This document shows, one piece after another, positions 26,842 through 36,381 of a stretch of 64,000 nucleotides of DNA. This DNA is from Acidimicrobiales bacterium. Lineage in GTDB: Bacteria; Actinomycetota; Acidimicrobiia; Acidimicrobiales; Bin134. Every line of letters starts with the position of its first letter. Positions within the stretch are counted from its first letter, which is position 1. The stretch lies in contig OZ242355.1 in the NCBI GenBank assembly GCA_965208805.1, positions 1,480,982-1,544,981 of the forward strand, written 5' to 3'. The position numbers were made by a program, and so were the translations under genes. The notes under the pieces are model-generated. The model saw only the letters and a list, made by a program, of their open reading frames with translations, was not told where the DNA came from and ran no database searches.

Positions 26842-27915
26842 TCAGTTCCAGACCAGCGGCCCGTGGTCGAGGTTGGGCAGCACCATTTGGCCGACCCGGT
26901 CGCACTCGGGCAGATGCGGGTATCCCGAGAGGATGAATGCGTCGATGCCTGCCTGCCGGTAAGCGTTCAGCTTGGCCAGCACTTCGTCGGGCGATCCCAC
27001 GATGGCCGCGCCCGCCCCGGACCGCGCCCGACCGATTCCGGTCCACAAATTGTCTTCCACAAAGCCGTCGGCATCGCTGAGGTCCCGAAGTTCGGTTTGA
27101 CGGCGGACGCCTGCTGAAGCGGCGTCCAGTGATCGCTGCCGAATAGCCTTGCCCGTCTCGTCGTCGAGCTGGCTGATGAGCCGAGCAGCCGCGGCTCGGG
27201 CTTCTGCCGATGTGGGACGCACGATGACATGGCTCCGCAGTCCGAACCGCAGGGTGCGGCCCTGTCGTTCGACGCGAGTCCTCATATCGGCCACAGTGTC
27301 GGCGACGCCGCCTACCGTGTCCGGCCAGGTGAGGAACACATCGGCTGCGGCCGCCGCGGTTTCCTTGGCCGCATCCGAGAAGCCGCCGAAGTATAACGGG
27401 GGACAGCGGCCCGACACCGTGGTGGCTCGAGGAGGGTCGAGGGCCAGATCGACGAACTCCCCGTGGAAGTCCACTGGACGGCCGTCGAGCAGCGTCCGCA
27501 GCACCTGCATCCACTCCAGCGTTCTCCGATAGCGAGGCTCGGATTCGAGTGTCTGGCCGGGAATGTCGCTGGAGATGATGTTGATGGTGAGGCGGCCGTC
27601 AAGGATTCGATCGATGGTGGCTAGTTGGCGAGCGAGCTGGGGAAGCCACATCTCGCCCATCCGCACCGCCAGCAGTAGTTGGATTTGGCTGGTGTGCGGG
27701 GCCACCGCGGCGGCGAACGCGGTGGAATCGATGCCCAGCGTGTAGCCCGAGGGCAGGAGGATGTTGTCGAAGCCGTGTCGATCAGCGGCCAGCGTGATGT
27801 CGCGGCAGTGCTCCCAGCTACTGGCCAGCGCGGGATCGGCCACGCCCAAGAACTCGTAGTCGTCGTCGCACAGGGCGGCGAACCAGGCCACTTCGACCGG
27901 TGCCGGCCCACTCAC
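26842..27915 (-). CDS. LLM-class flavin-dependent oxidoreductase
   Basis: 357 aa with luciferase-like layout (...FDNILLPSGY...LLAVRMGEMWLPQLARQ...). Confidence 0.75.
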   Translation of the reverse strand: MSGPAPVEVAWFAALCDDDYEFLGVADPALASSWEHCRDITLAADRHGFDNILLPSGYTLGIDSTAFAAAVAPHTSQIQLLLAVRMGEMWLPQLARQLATIDRILDGRLTINIISSDIPGQTLESEPRYRRTLEWMQVLRTLLDGRPVDFHGEFVDLALDPPRATTVSGRCPPLYFGGFSDAAKETAAAAADVFLTWPDTVGGVADTVADMRTRVERQGRTLRFGLRSHVIVRPTSAEARAAAARLISQLDDETGKAIRQRSLDAASAGVRRQTELRDLSDADGFVEDNLWTGIGRARSGAGAAIVGSPDEVLAKLNAYRQAGIDAFILSGYPHLPECDRVGQMVLPNLDHGPLVWN

Positions 27916-28817
27916 GGCAGCGGCACGCCCTCGGAGGCCTCGATGATGGTGTAGACGTCGGCTCGGTCGAGGGGAACATTGGTGGCCTGGGCGGCTTCAG
28001 CCAACCGCTCGGAGTTCTGGGTGCCGAGCAATGCCACCGGGCGGGACGGATGGGCGAGGACAAAGGCCAGCGCCACCGCGGTTCGGCTAGAGCCGTGGCG
28101 CTCGGCCAGTTGGTCCAGCACGGCGATCAGCTCGGGACGCACACCGGCGCCGGTGGCCAGCCCTCCGCCCGCGAGCGGGCTCCAGGCCAACGGGACTACG
28201 CCGTCGCGCATGCACAGATCCAGCGTGCCGTCCCGAAGCGCACCCAGCTCTGCGGCGGAGTACTCGGGCTGGGTGGAGGCCAGCGGGAACGGCAGATGGG
28301 CGGCGAGAGACTCATGCTGCTGGGGAGTGAAATTAGAGATGCCCACCTCGCGGATCTTGCCCTGATCACGGAGCGCGGCCAGCGCCTCAGCCAACTCCGC
28401 GGGATGGGTGAACAGGTCGGGACGATGAATCTGGTACAGGTCGATGACATCGATGCCGAGGCGGGTGAGCGACGCCTCGCAGGCCGCAGTAATGGCCGAG
28501 GCGCCCGAGTTGTAGGGCGTGGGCGGAGTGATCCCTCCCTTGGTGGCCAGCACCATGCGGTTGCGCAGTTCAGGGGCTGCGGCCAGAACCCGGCCAAGGT
28601 TGGCCTCGGCTTGGCCGAAGGCGGTTCCGCCCCAGTCGAGCCCGTACACATCGGCAGTGTCCACCAAGTTCATGCCGAGCCCTAGAGCGGTCTCCAATAG
28701 CTCCTGGTATTGGGAATCGGAGCGCCCGACAAGGCGCCAGCATCCGAACCCCAGGCGTCCGACCCGGAAGTCGGCACCGAGAGTGACAGAACCAGAGTCG
28801 ACAAGGCTCTTTGGCAC
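27912..28817 (-). CDS. aldo/keto reductase
   Basis: 301 aa. LVDTADVYG, IDLYQIHRPD and GISNF motifs. Confidence 0.85.
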   Translation of the reverse strand: MPKSLVDSGSVTLGADFRVGRLGFGCWRLVGRSDSQYQELLETALGLGMNLVDTADVYGLDWGGTAFGQAEANLGRVLAAAPELRNRMVLATKGGITPPTPYNSGASAITAACEASLTRLGIDVIDLYQIHRPDLFTHPAELAEALAALRDQGKIREVGISNFTPQQHESLAAHLPFPLASTQPEYSAAELGALRDGTLDLCMRDGVVPLAWSPLAGGGLATGAGVRPELIAVLDQLAERHGSSRTAVALAFVLAHPSRPVALLGTQNSERLAEAAQATNVPLDRADVYTIIEASEGVPLP

Positions 28818-28865
28818 CGGATCAAGCTATCGTGTGAACCCGCCGCCAGCGTCGTTCAAGGGGAA

Positions 28866-29945
28866 ATGGTGATCCGTTACGGGGTGATTGGGACCGGCAT
28901 GATGGGCCGGGAGCACATTGCCAATATCGCCCACCTTCCCGGAGCAGAGGTGACTGCACTGGCCGATCCCCACCCTGCGTCTTTGGACACCGCGGAGGGA
29001 ATGGCGCCGGGAGCAGCTCGGTTTGCGGACCATCGCCGTCTGCTGGATGCAGAGATCTGCGATGCCGTGGTCATCGCCACCCCCAACATGACCCATGCCG
29101 ATGTGCTCGGCGACGCATTGGGGGGCGACCTGCACGTGCTGGTCGAAAAGCCGCTGTGTACCACGGTGGCCGACTGCCGCGGGGTGATCGACGCAGCCGC
29201 AGACCACCGCGGGGTGATACGAGTGGGGTTGGAGTACCGGTATATGGCGCCGTTCGCCCGACTTATCGAAGAGGTGGCGGGAGGCGCAGTGGGGCGGGTG
29301 CGAATGGTTTCGATGCGCGAGCACCGCTTCCCGTTCCTCTCCAAGGTGGACGACTGGAACCGGTTTTCTGAGAACACCGGCGGCACACTGGTGGAGAAGT
29401 GCTGCCATTTCTTCGACTTGATGAACCTGGTAATGCCCGGGCGGCCCGTGCGGGTCTTCGCGTCGGGAGGCCAGGCGGTGAACCACCGGGATGAGCGCTA
29501 TGGAGGCCGCACCCCCGACATCGACGACAATGCCTATGTGGTGGTGGAGTACGATGACGGTGCCCGGGCCATGCTCGACTTGTGCATGTTCGCCGAGGCC
29601 ACCCACAACCAGCAGGAATTAGCGGTGATGGGCGACGCCGGGAAAGTGGAAGCGCTCGTGCCAGAGCACATCGTGCGGATCGGGCGCCGAGGCGAGCATT
29701 CGATCGGCGCGGTCCAGGTGGTGGCGACGCCGGTTGAGGCCTCGTTTGCAGGGCTCCATCACGGGTCGAGCTTCGTGGAGCACCAGCGATTTCTGGAGGC
29801 GATCAGCACCGACGATCACCCTGATTCAAGGTCTCAATCGCTACAGGCGCTTGAATCCGCCATGCTGTGTGTGGCCATGGGGGTTGCCGGACAGGAGTCC
29901 ATGGCGACCGGGCTGCCGGTTGCTCTCGCCGATATCAGCCCTTGA
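28866..29945 (+). CDS. Gfo/Idh/MocA family oxidoreductase
   Basis: Start MVIRYGVIGTGMMGREHI chosen at 28866 (Rossmann motif). EKPL motif (LVEKPLCTT). The upstream part of the track ORF overlaps the divergent gene. Confidence 0.8.
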   Translation: MVIRYGVIGTGMMGREHIANIAHLPGAEVTALADPHPASLDTAEGMAPGAARFADHRRLLDAEICDAVVIATPNMTHADVLGDALGGDLHVLVEKPLCTTVADCRGVIDAAADHRGVIRVGLEYRYMAPFARLIEEVAGGAVGRVRMVSMREHRFPFLSKVDDWNRFSENTGGTLVEKCCHFFDLMNLVMPGRPVRVFASGGQAVNHRDERYGGRTPDIDDNAYVVVEYDDGARAMLDLCMFAEATHNQQELAVMGDAGKVEALVPEHIVRIGRRGEHSIGAVQVVATPVEASFAGLHHGSSFVEHQRFLEAISTDDHPDSRSQSLQALESAMLCVAMGVAGQESMATGLPVALADISP

Positions 29946-30870
29946 CCGAGCCGGCCAGCAGTCCCCGGACGAAGTGGCGCTGAAGGCTGAAGAACACGAT
30001 CAGCGGCACGATCATGATCACGAACGCGGAGGCGAAGCGAAGCTGGAAGTTGGAGCCCCGCTCGCCCACCAGATTGACCAATGCCACCGTCATCGGCTCG
30101 TTGTCGGTGAGGAACACCGCGGCGATCAGGTAGTCGTTCCAGGTCCATAGGAACTGGAAAACGGCGAAGGCGGCCAGCGCCGGTCGGGCCAGGGGCACCA
30201 CCAGCTGCCAGAAGATGGTGAAATGGCTGGCGCCGTCGATCCGGGCCGCCTCGAACACCTCGCGGGGGAGCTGGCTGATGAAGTTGTGCAGCAACAGCAC
30301 AGCCAATGGCAGGCCGAACGCGGTGTGGGTCAGCCACACCGCGGCTGCGGTGTTGGCCACCCCGACATCGGGAATCAGCACGAAGGTCCAGTCCAATCCG
30401 GGGATGGTGAGCCGGGCGCCGTTGTTGAACAACTGGAGCAGCGGCACGAAAGCCATCTGATTGGGCAGGGCGATCATCGAGACCAGGGCGATGAAGAGCC
30501 AGTTGCGGCCTCGGAAGTCGATCCACGCAAACCCGTAGGCGGCGAAGGCAGCGATGGCGATGGGGATGATGGTGGCCGGGACCACGATGGCGATGGAGTT
30601 TAGGGCGAACTCCCACATGGACGGCTGCGCCGCGCTTTCCTGGAAGATGTCGCGGTAGTTCTGGAGGGTCAGGTTGTTCAGGTCGTTCCAGGAGGTCCAC
30701 CAGCCAGAGCTGTTGATGTCGGGCACTTTGCGGAACGACGATATGAACAACCCGAACGTAGGCACGGTCCACACCACCACGATCAGCCACATCACCCAGC
30801 TTGGTGTGGTGGCCGCCAGTCGGCGCAGCCGCTGGCCGGTGGGCATGAGCGCAGTATCGACGTTGCTCAC
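29935..30870 (-). CDS. carbohydrate ABC transporter permease (MalG-like)
   Basis: 311 aa, multiple TM segments, EAA loop FEAARIDGASHFTIFWQLVVP. Confidence 0.85.
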   Translation of the reverse strand: MSNVDTALMPTGQRLRRLAATTPSWVMWLIVVVWTVPTFGLFISSFRKVPDINSSGWWTSWNDLNNLTLQNYRDIFQESAAQPSMWEFALNSIAIVVPATIIPIAIAAFAAYGFAWIDFRGRNWLFIALVSMIALPNQMAFVPLLQLFNNGARLTIPGLDWTFVLIPDVGVANTAAAVWLTHTAFGLPLAVLLLHNFISQLPREVFEAARIDGASHFTIFWQLVVPLARPALAAFAVFQFLWTWNDYLIAAVFLTDNEPMTVALVNLVGERGSNFQLRFASAFVIMIVPLIVFFSLQRHFVRGLLAGSVKG

Positions 30871-30904
30871 TTCAACACCTCTCGCCCCTGCCCATGCTGG
30901 CCGA

Positions 30905-32530
30905 TCACGACTTCAGCTCCGATTGGAGTCGGCGGATGTTGTAGATCATCACCGGCAGCACCAGGGCCAGCAGCACGACTGCGAACGCGCTGCTGGAGGT
31001 GAAGTTGCGGTCGCGGAGCTGGTCGAACATCTCGTTGGCCAGCACGTTGGTGCGGTTCGCCCCGTTGGTGGTGGCCTTCACCAGGTCGAAGACTTTGGTC
31101 ACGATCACCATCAGCGTGGTGACCACGACGATGATGGTGGGGCGGATCTGGGGAACGATTACCCGCCAGAAGACCTGAACCTCATTGGCCCCGTCCACCC
31201 GGGCCGCTTCGGTGAGCTCCTCAGGAACCGCTCGGATGGCGGCCGACAAAACGACCATGGCGAACCCGGTCTGGATCCACACCATGATGAACATGATCCA
31301 GAAGTTGTTCCACGGGATCATCGACGAGTTGATGAAGAAGCCGCGGGGTTGGAATCCGATGCCTTGGAGGATGGCGTTGAGCAGACCGGTCTGGTTGCCG
31401 GTGGGCTGGACCTCGTAGATGAAGTCCCAGATCACCGCGGCGCCCACCATGGAGATGGCCATCGGCATGAAGATCAGGGTCTTGGCCACCCGTTCGCCTC
31501 GGGCTCGTTCGGCCAAGATGGCCAGCAGCAGCCCCAGCACGGTGGACAGTCCGGCCACGGTGACCACCCACCAGATGTTGTTCCACACCACGCCTTGCAG
31601 GGTGGACAGCGCGCCGAATATGCCCACGCCGATGGCGAGGACCAACATCATGGAGGAGGTCGGCGATCCCCAGTCCATCTCTATGTCGCCGTTGCGCAGC
31701 CGAGCCAAGAACCAGCCTCCCACGAGAACAGCAGCCACCGCAGCGACAACCACCAGGGTGATCCGGCTCGACACCACCACAGTGAGCACATCCACAATCT
31801 CAGACCGGTTTGGCTCGCGGATCAGCGACTCCACAAAGCCGGCCAAGGTGGCGATCCCAACGATTGCGGCTACCAGGCCCAGTGTTCTCATGGTTCGTTG
31901 GGCGAGCTTGGCCCGCAACGGTCCGCCGACGATTCGGGAAGCGCTGGCCCATGCGGCCACCACGGCCACCGCGGCGGCGGCCAAGGCGACGATGAAGAGG
32001 CGACTAGTGAAAATCGAGCTCCATCCATGGACGGAGAAGAAGGTCCGGTCGGTGAAGATCTCCTCATAGTGCTGAATGGTGAAGCCCGGCTCCCGGCCCC
32101 TCGACCCGTTCTTGAACGACAGCCACATGGTGCGAAAGCCGGGGATGATCAACCCGCCGGTGACGAACAGCAGAGCTGGGCCCACAAACACCCACGGTCT
32201 CAGCCGGGCCTCTAGGCGGATACGCCGATTCAGCTCCGGGATCAATCCTCGTCCTGCGGCCATTCCCAGGGCCCCTCCGATCAAGCCGCCGATGACAATG
32301 GCCAGCCACCCCTCGTGGAACGGTCCGCCGATGGCGGGACCTTGGGGAACCCATCCGTTGTGCTGGAGCACTGCCCCCGCGATCAAGCCCAACACGGCCC
32401 CGATGCTGGCCGTGAAGGCTGGCCACCGGTTTAGGGCCGAGTCAACGGTTCGGTCGGCACCGATGAACAACACCGCGGTGACGGCCAGCGCCCCGGCGAC
32501 GCTGACGAGCATGGTGACGATCTGACCCAT
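30905..32530 (-). CDS. carbohydrate ABC transporter permease (MalF-like, long N-terminal TM extension)
   Basis: 541 aa. EAA loop TEAARVDGANEVQVFWRVIVP. The start ATG lies in the first copy of the 45-nt repeat. Confidence 0.8.
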   Translation of the reverse strand: MGQIVTMLVSVAGALAVTAVLFIGADRTVDSALNRWPAFTASIGAVLGLIAGAVLQHNGWVPQGPAIGGPFHEGWLAIVIGGLIGGALGMAAGRGLIPELNRRIRLEARLRPWVFVGPALLFVTGGLIIPGFRTMWLSFKNGSRGREPGFTIQHYEEIFTDRTFFSVHGWSSIFTSRLFIVALAAAAVAVVAAWASASRIVGGPLRAKLAQRTMRTLGLVAAIVGIATLAGFVESLIREPNRSEIVDVLTVVVSSRITLVVVAAVAAVLVGGWFLARLRNGDIEMDWGSPTSSMMLVLAIGVGIFGALSTLQGVVWNNIWWVVTVAGLSTVLGLLLAILAERARGERVAKTLIFMPMAISMVGAAVIWDFIYEVQPTGNQTGLLNAILQGIGFQPRGFFINSSMIPWNNFWIMFIMVWIQTGFAMVVLSAAIRAVPEELTEAARVDGANEVQVFWRVIVPQIRPTIIVVVTTLMVIVTKVFDLVKATTNGANRTNVLANEMFDQLRDRNFTSSSAFAVVLLALVLPVMIYNIRRLQSELKS

Positions 32531-32638
32531 GGCGCTCTTACCCTAGGTGACGAGCATGGTGACGATCTGACCCATGGCGCTCTTACCCTAGGTGACGAGC
32601 ATGGTGACGATCTGACCCATGGCGCTCTTACCCTAGGC
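32504..32638 (-). repeat. 3 x 45-nt tandem repeat copying the RBS, start codon and first 9 codons of the permease gene
   Basis: Units 32504-32548, 32549-32593 and 32594-32638 are identical except for the last base. The two upstream copies give 10-codon uORFs MGQIVTMLVT* at 32588-32620 and 32543-32575 (minus strand). Confidence 0.95.
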
Positions 32639-32666
32639 GGTAGCTCCTCATTGGCGCGTGAACGCG

Positions 32667-32703
32667 ACGGGGCCGGGAGCGGAATTGCCGCCCCCGGCCC
32701 CGT
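32667..32703 (-). other. strong intercistronic stem-loop between the SBP and permease genes
   Basis: Minus-strand RNA is ACGGGGCCGGG-G-GCGG / CAAUU / CCGC-U-CCCGGCCCCGU, giving 11+4 bp plus a G.U pair that exists only on the mRNA strand. No U-tract follows. Confidence 0.6.
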
Positions 32704-32745
32704 TCAGAGTTGTTCAGTCGCGAGCGACTGAGCTGTTGGCTTCGC

Positions 32746-34137
32746 CTACGGCCAGGCGTTCTCGGTGTCGTCGGCGAACTCCTGAGCGGTCTTTGAGCCC
32801 GACACGTAGTCGGTGCCGGAGCGCCAGAACTCGCCGGCGCCAACCTCACCAGGCATCAGGTCGGAAGCGTCGAACCTGAACGGATCGGCGCTCACCAGGA
32901 TGTCGGCCAGGCCTCGATCGAAGTCGGAGCTGTACAGCGATGTGTCATGCTCACGGTTGGGCGACAGGAATCCGCCCTTGTCGGCCATAATCCGGGCGTT
33001 GGCGTATTCGGCGGTGCCGATGTACTCCATCACGGCCAGGGTCTCGGGCTTGTCGGTGAAGGCCACCGCGTGGGTTCCCGCGCCGAGCACGACGGTGCCG
33101 AACTCATCGCTGACGGTCGGCAGGTAGAACACGTTGACGTCACCGTTGGGGCCCAGTGAAGCGCCGACCTCGGTGTAGAAGGCTCCGGCGAAGCTGGCCT
33201 GGCGGTGCAGCACGCAGTCGCCGTCGACGATTGGCAAGGAGGCCTCTTTGAAGCCGGTGGCCGCGATCAAGTCGCGTCCGCCGAGCACGTTGCCCTCTTC
33301 GAACCAGATGTCGCCCACGAACTCAGCCACTTCGACCACTCGCGGATCGTTGAACGGAATGTCATGGGACACCCACTGGTCATACACGTCGGGGCCCTGG
33401 AGGCGGAGCATCATGTCTTCCATCCAGTCGGTGAACACCCAGCCGGTGGCGTCGCCCGAACCAATGCCGATGCACCAGGGGGCGAGACCGTCAGCCTTGA
33501 TCTGGTCGGTCAGCGCATCAAGCTCGGCCCAGGTGCTGGGAACCTCGTAGCCATTCTCGGCAAACAGCGGCGGGCTGTACCACACCAGGCTCTTCACGTC
33601 GCCCTTGTTGGGCACGCCGTACACCTGTCCGCCGGTGGTGGCCAGGTCGAACCAGAACGGGTCATACGCTCCGCTGATGTTGTCGAGCAGCGACTGCGGC
33701 AGGGCCACGGCATCGCCGGACTCACCGAACTGAATGATGCGTCCCGGCTGGGGGATGATCACGATGTCAGGCGGGTTGCCGCCTTCCAGAGCCAAGTTCA
33801 GTTCGGTGGTGGCGTCCCGGGTGCCGGAATACTGCACTTCGATGCCGGTGCGAGCCTCGAACGGCTCGAAGCCTGCCAAGAAGCCCTCGGCTTCCGGGCC
33901 GGTTTCTGGGCCGAGGATATTGACCACAGTCCCGGCCAGGGGCATGTCGTCTTCTTCCTCCATCGGCTCCTCAGGGGCCATAGGCTCTTCTGTGGCCATG
34001 GGCTCTTCAGTAGCCGCCGCTGGGGCAGGCGTGGAAGCTGCCGGTGCGTCATCGTCGTCGTTGCCGCAAGCGGCGGCCACGAGGGCCATAGCAAACAACA
34101 CGGCGATGAGCGCGAACAGCCTTGACTTGATTCTCAT
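32746..34137 (-). CDS. sugar ABC transporter substrate-binding lipoprotein (family 1 SBP)
   Basis: Start MRIKSRLFALIAVLFAMALVAAAC-GNDDDD at 34137 is preceded by GGAGGGAA. Acidic/Pro linker, then an SBP_bac_1-like body. Confidence 0.85.
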   Translation of the reverse strand: MRIKSRLFALIAVLFAMALVAAACGNDDDDAPAASTPAPAAATEEPMATEEPMAPEEPMEEEDDMPLAGTVVNILGPETGPEAEGFLAGFEPFEARTGIEVQYSGTRDATTELNLALEGGNPPDIVIIPQPGRIIQFGESGDAVALPQSLLDNISGAYDPFWFDLATTGGQVYGVPNKGDVKSLVWYSPPLFAENGYEVPSTWAELDALTDQIKADGLAPWCIGIGSGDATGWVFTDWMEDMMLRLQGPDVYDQWVSHDIPFNDPRVVEVAEFVGDIWFEEGNVLGGRDLIAATGFKEASLPIVDGDCVLHRQASFAGAFYTEVGASLGPNGDVNVFYLPTVSDEFGTVVLGAGTHAVAFTDKPETLAVMEYIGTAEYANARIMADKGGFLSPNREHDTSLYSSDFDRGLADILVSADPFRFDASDLMPGEVGAGEFWRSGTDYVSGSKTAQEFADDTENAWP

Positions 34138-34271
34138 TTCTGGGATTCCCTCCGGATTAGCAAGGATTTTGCTGGAAAACAGCACGCTACCGCCGAGAAT
34201 CTGTTCGGTGCAACGTGCCAGGCAGATGGGCCGGATCGGGCGCCGAAGTCCAGTGGTGGCAAGCTATAACC

Positions 34272-34496
34272 GTGCCCTGGTGCGAGCCCTGCGACCGGTT
34301 CTGGAACCCCGCCTCGGTGACCGAGGCGGGGGAGTGCCCCACCTGCGGCACCCCGGTGGACACGCCGGTTGAGATCCCGCCCAACATAGATTCCGCCGCT
34401 CGCCAAAAGGTCCCCTGGCACTTCTGGGTCGCCATCACCGCCGCCGGCATCTACCTGGCCTGGCGCGCCATCCAAGGCATCGGCCTTCTGTTCTGA
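34272..34496 (+). CDS. small zinc-ribbon membrane protein (CxxC...CxxC plus C-terminal TM)
   Basis: VPWCEPCDRFWNP...GECPTCGTPV... then WHFWVAITAAGIYLAWRAI. Start is uncertain (GTG 34272 or GTG 34215). Confidence 0.5.
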   Translation: MPWCEPCDRFWNPASVTEAGECPTCGTPVDTPVEIPPNIDSAARQKVPWHFWVAITAAGIYLAWRAIQGIGLLF

Positions 34497-34518
34497 GGGG
34501 GATCTTCTGAAATCCCAG

Positions 34519-34596
34519 TGGTCGGGCTGCCGGGATTTGAACCCGGGACCTTCGGTCCCCCAGACCGACGCGCTAACCAAGCTGCGCCACAGCCCG
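34519..34596 (-). tRNA. tRNA-Pro (anticodon GGG), CCA encoded
   Basis: Minus strand reads CGGGCTG TG GCGC AGCTTGGTTA GCGC G TCGGT CTGGGGG ACCGA AGGTC CCGGG TTCAAAT CCCGG CAGCCCG A CCA. All four stems pair and the T-loop is TTCAAAT. Confidence 0.9.
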
Positions 34597-34659
34597 TAAC
34601 GGGGGGAGCATAGTGGGGCGGGGTGGGGGGACCCCATACGGATAAGTAGGATTGGGGCC

Positions 34660-36381
34660 GTGTTGGACCTGGTAGTCCGCGGGGGCACGATTATCGACGG
34701 CTCGGGAAGCGTGGGTTTCTCCGGCGATATCGGAATCAGGGACGGGCGGATTGTCGCTATCGGTAAGGTCCCCGACCCCGGGCGCGCGGGGATCGATGCC
34801 TCTGGCCTGGTTGTTTGCCCCGGTTTCGTGGATCCCCACACCCACTACGACGCCCAACTGTTCTGGGACCCGGCCGCCTCCCCATCCAACCTGCACGGGG
34901 TGACCACCGTGATCGGCGGCAACTGCGGATTCACCCTGGCGCCCCTCAACCCCGGCGACGCCCCCTACCTCCAGCGCATGATGGCCAAGGTGGAGGGCAT
35001 GCCGCTTTCTGCTCTGGAGACCGGGTTGGACTGGTCGTGGCGCACGTTTTCCGACTACCTGGCCCGATTGGACGGCACTCTCGGTGTGAACGCCGGGTTC
35101 TTGGTAGGCCACTGCGCTATCCGCCGGGCGGTCATGGGGGCCGACGCCACCGGCAACGAGGCTGATCCCAGCCAGCTCGAGGCGATGAAGTCCCTCTTGG
35201 CCGAGGGCATCGAGGCAGGCGGCCTGGGGTTCTCCACCTCGCTTTCCTACACCCACAACGACGGCGATGGCGCTCCGGTGGCCTCCCGCTACGCCAGCGA
35301 CGAAGAGGTGATCGCGCTGTGCTCGGTGGTGTCAGAGCACGAGGGGACCACCCTGGAATACGTGACCGACGGGTGCATGCAGGGCTTCACCGATGAAGAA
35401 CTGGATCTCATGGTGGCCATGTCCCGATCGGCCCGCCGCCCGCTCAATTGGAACGTGCTTACCATCGACTCCGCCGATCCCGACCGCTACCGGGCTCAAC
35501 TGGGTGCCTCAGTGCGTGCCGCCGAGCACGGCGCTCGGGTGGTGGCGCTGACCATGCCGGTGCTGGTGGGCATGAATATGAGCTTTCTCAGCTACTGCGC
35601 CCTCAACATGCTCCCCGACTGGGGGGAGGTGCTCGGCCTGCCGGTGTCCGAGCGAATGGCCAAACTTGCCGATCCCCAAACCCGGGCCCATCTAGCCGAG
35701 CGGGCTGCCTCGCCCGACGCCGGGGTGTTCACCCGCCTCACCGGCTGGGGCGGCTACCGAATCGGCGACACGTTCAGCTCGGCCAACCAGGGGCTAACCG
35801 GGCGCACTGTGGCTGACATTGCCGCTGAACGGGGATCCGAGCCCTTCAACACCCTGCTGGACATCGTGCTCGCCGACGAGCTGCGCACCGTGCTGTGGCC
35901 GGCCCCCACCGACGACGATGACGAGAGTTGGCGGCTTCGGGGCGAGGCCTGGCGGAGCGAGCACACCCTGCTGGGGGGCTCCGATGCCGGCGCCCACCTT
36001 GATCGGATGTGCGGCGCCCCCTATACCACCGCATTTTTGGGCGACTGCCTGCGGGGCCGAGGTCTGGCTTCACTGGAGACGGCCATTCACATGCTGACCG
36101 ACGCCCCGGCCCGCTTGTTCGGCCTGCGGGAGCGGGGCCGCATCGAGCGGGGCTGGCACGCCGACCTTGTGGTATTCGACCCCGACACGATCGACTCCGG
36201 CGCCATGCGCATGGTGCACGATTTGCCGGGCGGTTCGGCCCGGCTGTTCGCCGACGCAGTGGGAGTACACCACGTGTTGGTGAACGGCCAGCCCATCGTG
36301 AGCGGCGGTCAGGCCACCGATGCCCGATCCGGCACCCTGCTGCGATCGGGGCGCGATACCGAGACCGTACTGGTCGGGTAG
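34660..36381 (+). CDS. N-acyl-D-amino-acid deacylase family amidohydrolase
   Basis: 573 aa. DLVVRGGTIIDGSG, PGFVDPHTHYD, and a C-terminal beta-domain (ADLVVFDPDTI). Confidence 0.8.
   Translation: MLDLVVRGGTIIDGSGSVGFSGDIGIRDGRIVAIGKVPDPGRAGIDASGLVVCPGFVDPHTHYDAQLFWDPAASPSNLHGVTTVIGGNCGFTLAPLNPGDAPYLQRMMAKVEGMPLSALETGLDWSWRTFSDYLARLDGTLGVNAGFLVGHCAIRRAVMGADATGNEADPSQLEAMKSLLAEGIEAGGLGFSTSLSYTHNDGDGAPVASRYASDEEVIALCSVVSEHEGTTLEYVTDGCMQGFTDEELDLMVAMSRSARRPLNWNVLTIDSADPDRYRAQLGASVRAAEHGARVVALTMPVLVGMNMSFLSYCALNMLPDWGEVLGLPVSERMAKLADPQTRAHLAERAASPDAGVFTRLTGWGGYRIGDTFSSANQGLTGRTVADIAAERGSEPFNTLLDIVLADELRTVLWPAPTDDDDESWRLRGEAWRSEHTLLGGSDAGAHLDRMCGAPYTTAFLGDCLRGRGLASLETAIHMLTDAPARLFGLRERGRIERGWHADLVVFDPDTIDSGAMRMVHDLPGGSARLFADAVGVHHVLVNGQPIVSGGQATDARSGTLLRSGRDTETVLVG

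Noticed and set aside
34150-34175. AGCAA-N5-TTGCT dyad upstream of the sugar SBP gene as a LacI/ROK operator
   Set aside because: The arms are only 5 bp, there is no resemblance to known LacI-type half-sites, and no regulator gene is in the cluster.
34497-34659. Integrated element or genomic island at tRNA-Pro
   Set aside because: There is no integrase or recombinase nearby, no direct repeat of the tRNA 3' end, and the flanking genes are ordinary metabolic genes.
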